Shown here in pieces: positions 58,326 to 64,000 of a stretch of DNA of 64,000 nt. Each line of letters starts with the position of its first letter. Position 1 is the stretch's first letter. The notes under the pieces are model-generated. The model had not been told where the DNA came from. It ran no database searches and saw only the letters and a list, made by a program, of their open reading frames with translations. This DNA is from the human T2T-CHM13v2.0 reference genome, Homo sapiens, in NCBI RefSeq assembly GCF_009914755.1, contig NC_060928.1; one strand, given 5' to 3'. A program made the translations under genes and the position numbers.

Positions 58326-60434
58326 TATCTTAGTCTCTTTTCTGTTGCTTATAATAGAATAACTGAAACAGAGTAATTTTCAAAGAAAAAATATATATAA
58401 ATATAGAAAATTATACATTGAAAATTAAGTTTCCAACACATGAAATCTGGGGAACATTCAAGCCCTAGCATTCCACCCCAGCCCCCCAAATTCATTTCTT
58501 TTTCACATGCAAAATACACCCACTCCATCCTTATAGCCCCCAAATCCTAACTTGGTGCAGCACCAACTCAAAAGCCCAAAGCCTACAGTCTACACAATGG
58601 TAGTATAGGATTAAGGCAAACATTCCCATTCCAAACGGGAGAAATAGGCAAAAAGAAAAGAATAACAGGCCCCAAGCAAATCCAAAACCCAGCAGGACAG
58701 ACATTGTATCTTAGAGCTGGAGAATAATCTCTTTTGAGTTCACACACTGCCTCCTGGACACGCTGGAGCAGGAGTTGGGCCCTCAAGGCCTCAGGAAGCT
58801 GCACTCCTATGGCTTTGCTGGGTGCAGCCGCTGCTCCTTTGGATTGGAGTCCAGTGCCTGAAGCTTTCCTAAGTAGATGTTGCATACTGCTGGTGACTTC
58901 ACAGTTCTGAGGTCATGGTGGCAGTCTTGGTCCCAGAGCTCCACTAGGCTTTATCCTAGTGAGGACTCTCTGCAGTGGCCATGGCTCCACTAGGCATTGC
59001 CCTGGTGGGGACTCTCTGCAGTGCCTCAACCCCACATTTCAGCTGCGCGTTGCCTACTGGGGTCTCTCTGTGGTGGTTCCAGCCTCTGTAACAAGTCTCT
59101 GCTTAGGTCCCCAGGATTTCCATAACATTCTCTGAAATCTGGGTAGAGGCTGCCAAACATTTATAGCTCTTGCTGTCTGCAAGCCTGCAGAATTAGTACC
59201 ACGTGGACTCTGCCAAGGTTTATAACTTCTGCAGCTGCAGCTCAGCTGTGCCTGGTGTGGGGCGCAGAGTCAGAGGCAAGGAGCCTACTACAAACCTGCA
59301 GGGAGCCCTCCCTGGACCTGTATCCCAGTACTACTCTGCCCTCCCAGGCCTGCAAGCCTGCGATGGGAGGGGCAGCCCCGAAGATCTCTGAAATGCCTTC
59401 TGGGTCTTTCTTCCATTCTCTTGATGATTTCTGCTGTCTGTACCAATCTCCTTAGCAGATGGTCTCTCTAGGCCATACTCTTGGATTCCTCTCCTGAAAA
59501 TGCTATTTCACATGGTCAGGCTGATAAATTTCCAAATTTTTCCACTGTTTCCCTTTTCTCTGGAAGTTTACCACTCGCAGTTAGAAGTAACCACACAGCA
59601 GCCTGAACACTTTGCTGCTTAGAAATTTCTTCTATGGGATATTCTATTCTGTCACTTTTAAGTTGACGGCTTTTCACAAAGCCCTAGGGTGTGGCCACGC
59701 AGCTGAGTTCTTTGCTATGGTGTAGCAAGGGTGACCTGTGTTCCAGTTCCCAACACCTTATTCCTCATTTCCATCTGAGGTCTCATTAGCATGGCCTTTG
59801 CTGTCAACATTGCTATCAACATTCTGGTCATGACCACTTCACCAACCTCTAAGGACTTCCAAACTTTCCCTAGTCTTCTTATCCTCTAAGGCTTCACCAG
59901 AATCTAGGCTTTTTTCTAGCCTATTTTTCCAAATTCTTCCAGCCCCTGTCCATTACCCAGTTCCCAAGCAGCTTCCACATTTTCAGGTATTTGTTATCAG
60001 CAACACCTCACTTTTCACTACCAATTTTCTGTTTTAGTCCATTTTCTGTTGCTTATAGAATACCTAGAATGAGTAACTTATAAATAAAAGAAAAGCATTT
60101 TGTACAGTTATGGAGGCTGAGATGTCTCAGGGTGAGGGACCAAATCTGGTGAGAGCCTTTGCGCCGGTGGGGACTCTGAAGATTCCCGAATTGAGGCCAC
60201 AGGGCATCACATGGCAAGGAGACTGGTTGTGCTAGCTCAGGTCTCTCTTTTCTTGTATAGCCACCATTAATCCATTAACCCTTTAATCTGTTGTTCCATT
60301 AATGGATTGATTCATTACTGAAGGCAGAGCACTCATGATCCCATCACCTCTTAAAGTCCTCACCTTTTAATAGTGCCACATTGGGTATTAACTTTCCAAC
60401 ACATCAAATTTGGAGGATACATTCAATCATAACG
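58326..60434 (-). mobile_element. Proviral MaLR (MSTC-like): LTR 58326-58470 (internally deleted), internal 58471-60029, LTR 60030-60434
   Basis: Both LTRs begin ttagtc..ttttctgttgcttata and share aagtttccaacacat near their ends. MST/THE1-type internal sequence between them. 5-bp TSD cagca at 58321-58325 and 60435-60439. Confidence 0.88.
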
Positions 60435-62012
60435 CAGCAGAAATACAGCCTAGTTTATTTTTCTACAAATCAATTTAATATCTATTTCAAGTCCCTTTTC
60501 CACCAGAAGTGGAATTTGGGGCTCAATTCTTCTCTTCTTTAATTAAGGTTGTTTACCTAGTGCCAAGGAAGGAAGCAGGTCTGCTCTTCAATGTCGGCCA
60601 TCCACATAGGCATCTGCCAAGACATCCATCATCTAGTCTGGTTTTCAGAGCTTGAGCATCATCAGTCCAAACAAGGTGACACTGAGATGTCACACCACCC
60701 AAAGGCACAGGCACTCTGGGGCCATTCAAATGATAAGTCATCATTTGAATCCCTAGATCTAGTCTTTGCTGAAGTTTATGTTTTGGAAATACTTGTTATA
60801 TTAATAATTCTTATTGGTACTATCTTTCTTGCTTCTTCTTGTAATTTTGCTTGCCTCTCTCTTCTTTTCTCAGGTAGGCTCTATGTACAACAAGATCAGC
60901 TTCTAGGAAATCTAGCCTTGTATGTTCCTTACATATTGTAATCACAGGAATAGAGAAACACTCTTTCTTCCAACACACAAATCAAGACAAGATAAAGGAC
61001 TCTGATTGCCCCAGTTTTGGTAAATTGCCCACCTCTGGCCAATTCTTGAGTCAGAAAGATAAGCCACTCTGATTGGTCAGCTCAGCCTATGTGCCATTTC
61101 AGGTTAAGTTTCACAGACTCACATCTTAAATCAAAGATTCCATTGAGAGTGATTTCTTAAGTATATGCTTCTGAGAGAAAACAGTAAGGGAGTGGGGAAA
61201 GCTAGAGAAGGGGAAAAAAGTCTTGCAATTTCCAAAACCTGATATGGGAGCTCTAGAGCATAAATTATACCTCCTAGCATGTCATCCTGGGGCAAAGAAG
61301 CCCTGGGTGTGGAGAGATTGGAAGGCCATCAAACTTCCAGGCACTTTCAGCTTTACATGTAGACAAGGCAGACCCAGTGCCCAAGGTCCAGCCTCCAAAG
61401 GGCTCAGGTGCAAAGCCTTACTGGCAAAGCACACAAAAGCTGGGAATGGGCTTACAAAACTGGCAAAAAGGAATCCCGAAGAATCGAAGTGGAGCATCCA
61501 GTGTCCACTAAATTTGCTCAGTGCTTTGGTGGGGAAGATACAGTCTCTTGATTAACGCCACCAAAACATTCTCAGGGTTAGAAGAAGGGCAGTTCTCAAG
61601 GGTAAGAATGTGAAGCCAAAAAAACAAGTGACCACTTGTATCATTCAAAGCCTGAGATAGGGCTGTTAAATTTTCCTGGAGCTACAGTATTTCTGCACAT
61701 TTCTCCTTTTCTCCTAATAATTTTTTACTGTAGGTGTTGATGTTAGTCAATACATAAAGTTTTATAACTGTTATAACTTCACTGTGCAATGTAGTGTTCA
61801 TGATAAAAATAACCCTTCTTTTAACCATTTAGCGTTTTGACCGTTGATATCTATGTGTCTGAAATCATTAATTACATCTGTTTTTAAATGTCACCTTATA
61901 AATCTTTGTCCACCCTCTTTTTTAAAAAAATTATGTTTGTTTTATGGAAGATATCACAACCAATACCAAAGAAATATGAAAGTATATTCAAGGCTTCTAT
62001 GAACACCTTTAC

Positions 62013-63047
62013 ATGCATAATGTAGAAAACCTAGAAGAGATGGATAAATTTCTGGAAATTTATCCTAGATTAAACCAGGAAGATATAGAAACACTGAACA
62101 GACCAATAACAAGAAGCAAGATTGAAATGGTTAAAAAAAATGCCAATAAAAATAGTCCAGGACCAGAAGGATTCACAGCTGAATTCTATCAGGCATTCAA
62201 AGAAGAATTGGTACCAATCCTACTGACACTATTCCAAAAGATAGAGAAAGAGGAAATTTTCCCTAAGTCATTCTATGAAGTCAGCATCACCCTTATACCA
62301 GAACCAGGAAGGGACACAACAAAAAAAGAAAACTATAGACCAATATCCCTGATGAACATAGATGCAAAAGTCCTCAACAAAATACTAGTGAGCCAAATCC
62401 AACAGCATATCAAAAAGATAATCCACCATGATCAACTGGGTTTCAGACCAGGGATGCAGGGATGGTTTAACATAGGCAAGTCAATAACTGTGATACACCA
62501 CACAAACAGAATTAAAAACAAAAATCACATGATCATCTCAAGAGACACAGAAAAAGCATTTGACGAAATCCAGCATCCTTTTATGATTAAAACCCTCAGC
62601 AAAATTGGCACAGAAGAGACATGCCTTAAGGTAATAAAAGCCACCTGCGAGAAACCCACAGCCAACATTATACTGAATGGGGAAAAGTTTAAAACATTCC
62701 CCCTGAAAACTGGAACAAGACAAGGATGCCCACTTTCACCACTTCTAGTTAACATAGCACTGGAAGTCCTAGACAGAGCAATCAGACAAGAGAAAGAAAT
62801 AAAGGGCATCCAAATCAGTAAAGAGGAAGTCAAACTGTCACTGTTTGCTGATGATATGATCGTATACCTAGAAAACCCTAAAGACATATCCAAAAAGCTC
62901 CTGGAACTAGTAAATGAATTCAGCAAAGTTTCAGGGTACAAAATTAATGTACACAAATCAGTAGCTCTGCTATACACCAACAGTGACGAAGCTGAGAATC
63001 AAATCAAGAACTCAAACCCTTTCATAATAGTTGCAAAAATAAAATAA
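62013..63047 (+). pseudogene. L1 ORF2p fragment (Z domain + reverse transcriptase), 344 codons open
   Basis: Motifs [34 protein letters not shown] and SGYKIN. No EN domain or promoter. Ends at a stop in an A-rich tract. Confidence 0.92.
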
Positions 63048-63225
63048 AATACTTAGGAATATACCTAACCAAGAATGTGAAAGACCTCTACAAGCAAAAC
63101 TACAAAATACTCCTGAAAGAAACTATAGATGACACAAACAAATGGAAACACATCCCATGCTTATAAATGGGTAGAATCAATATTGTGAAAAATAACCATA
63201 CTGCCAAAAGCAATCTAGAGATTCA

Positions 63226-63563
<338 letters not shown>

Positions 63564-64000
63564 TCACAGAGTTAGAAAAAACAATCCTCAAATTCATATG
63601 GAACCAAAAAGGAACCCACATAGCCAAAGCAAGACTAAGCAAAAAGAACAAATCTGGAGGCATCACAATTACCTGACTTCAAACTATATTCTAAGGCCAT
63701 AGTCACCAAAACAGCATGGTACTGATATAAAAATAGGCACATAGACCAATGGAACAGAATAGAGAACCCAGAAATAGAGCCAAATACTTACAGTCAACTG
63801 ATTTTCAGCAAAGCAAACAAAAACATAAAACGGGGAAAGGACACCCTATTCAACAGATGGTCCTGGGATAATTGGCAAGCCCCATGTAGAAGACTAAATC
63901 TGGATCCTCACCTGTCACCCTATACAAAAATCAACTCAAGATGGATCAAAGTCTTAAATCTAAAACCTGAAACCATAAAGATTCTAGAAGATAACACCAG

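Noticed and set aside
58935-59030. ~45-bp direct repeat (ctccactaggc...ggactctctgcagtg)
   Set aside because: It appears to be a normal feature of MST-type internal sequence rather than locus-specific.
62525-62980. 151-aa antisense ORF
   Set aside because: It is the antisense shadow of L1 ORF2, common in L1 copies.

Overview
This is primate DNA, very likely human or great ape, and looks intergenic or deep intronic. Interspersed repeats dominate: 21 Alu/FLAM copies, several L1s, L2 and MIR relics, MaLR/ERVL/ERV1 LTRs, the 3' end of an ERV-L provirus (integrase, dUTPase, MLT2 LTR) and an ancient hAT DNA transposon. I recognise no host protein-coding gene. The only real protein homologies are decayed retroelement ORFs (ERV-L IN/dUTPase at 3-599 and L1 ORF2 RT at 62013-63047). 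The 200-590 aa ORFs at 12.7-14.5 kb are artefacts of purine/pyrimidine-alternating repeats. The most notable items are: (1) a ~2.5-kb composite structure that grew inside the tail of an L1PB, with two minisatellites, reciprocal copies of both flanks, a fold-back junction and amplified TSD copies; (2) an Alu with a twin-priming-type 5' inversion; (3) a TSD-flanked 5' half of an intron-containing pre-tRNA-Arg(TCT); (4) two pairs of well-formed + strand splice signals suggesting a lncRNA; (5) several CTCF-like motifs and small template-switch scars. I see no evidence of a new gene system; the novelty here is mutational and structural. Repeat subfamily names are from my recall of consensus sequences, not a database search, and old-repeat boundaries are approximate.
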